Of a DNA stretch of 64,000 nt, positions 62,354 through 64,000 are shown in pieces. The position numbers and the translations under genes were made by a program. The notes below the pieces were generated by a model that had not been told where the DNA came from, made no database searches, and saw nothing but the letters and a program-made list of their open reading frames with translations. Position 1 is the first letter of the stretch; every line of letters starts with the position of its first letter. Source of the stretch: the human T2T-CHM13v2.0 reference genome, Homo sapiens; NCBI RefSeq assembly GCF_009914755.1, contig NC_060939.1; one strand, written 5' to 3'.

Positions 62354-63419
62354 CGCAACCTGTTCTTTTTACGAAGGAGAGAACCGTGGCCTACAGAGGG
62401 GAGGACGTGGCTTTTCTCAAAGTTTTATGTTTGGAACAAGCTTCCGAGCTGGGGTTGGAAAGCCGGGAATCCTGCCCTGGGTCTCCGGCTCTTTGTCTTG
62501 TTTTGGTGCTGAGGGAGCCTGGCTTCTTGCCCTGGTTCCATCACTGACAGCTGAGCAAACCTCAGGCTCTCCTTTTCCTTGATGGTAAATTAAAGTCCTC
62601 CAGCTTGACTCACTCCTGGGCTCAGGTGGTGTTATTATCAGGATTAATTACATGGCTAGAGAGAGGGCTGAGCCTTTCCTGGGGAAACAAGGCCACTTAA
62701 AAGACACTATTATGTTTTAACTGCCCTGATACATTTGTAACCAAGACTTCTTAGAATGATATTAAAATATAAATAGAGAAAGGATCCAAAATTTAAACTG
62801 CAATTTTTCCTGCCATTTCCTGGTCAGCATAAGGAATATTGAGTTTTCTATCTAAGTGCCCATATAAGATATGAAATACCTGGGTAACGGGAGCAATTTG
62901 CTGCTTAAATTGGAACCTTGCAAATCAATTATCAGGAACTAGAGCATGCATTTTCTCCTAAGCCAAAAAAAATTATTCTTCAAAATGACATTTGGCTGCT
63001 CACTGCATGTCATAATCAAACGAGGAGTGAGGTCTAATGCAGTAGCTCCACATCTAGGTGAAAAGGGAAAAAGAAATTATCCCCAAAACTGCAAATCTTC
63101 TAAGATACGTGATCCTATATTTTCAAGACTGAAGCAAGCCTTAGGAATTTAAAGAGTTTAAGAAAGTAAAATTTGATTCAAATTCACTTCTTTACCGAAA
63201 CTTGCAAAGCAAAAATCCCCAGTTTCTCTGGGTGGCATTTTATTGCCTGGCTATAGGTCTAGACAGGCCTAGAGCCAGGGGTGCAGGGTGTGGGTGGGGG
63301 AAGGGCAGTATTTCATAGTATAGCAGTGGAAAAGGAGCTTAGAGGTTCTTTGGTATGGCGATTCTCAATCCTGGCTGCTCAGTGGAATTGCCTGGGATGC
63401 TTTTAAAAACCATGGCTAG

Positions 63420-64000
<581 letters not shown>

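Overview
This is primate genomic DNA (hominoid, most likely human) with an intronic or intergenic character. I cannot support any protein-coding gene, RNA gene or CRISPR array. Nearly all long ORFs in the track are translations of Alu, LTR or microsatellite sequence. The window holds about 33 Alu elements or fragments (about 14 of AluY type), solo LTRs (MSTA, several MLT1, MER4, MER61, MER41B, MER41A and one unassigned ERV1-type LTR), old L1/L2/L3/MIR fragments and hAT/Tigger DNA-transposon relics, several nested up to three levels. Five observations stand out. (1) A CpG-rich 45-bp minisatellite at ~17.5 kb is framed by a plausible splice acceptor and two near-consensus donors, giving a stop-free 297-nt candidate exon with a UGCAUG in every unit. 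(2) A MER41B LTR keeps both tandem STAT (GAS) sites, while a MER41A LTR 21 kb away lacks exactly that 43-bp segment. (3) There is a ~170-bp orphan retro-insertion with an A-tail and TSD. (4) One Alu has an apparent twin-priming 5' inversion. (5) Several repeat-poor, motif-dense blocks are enhancer candidates. I could not identify the locus. Repeat subfamily names come from recalled consensus sequences and need RepeatMasker/Dfam confirmation. Nothing here demonstrates a new biological system; the findings are hypotheses.
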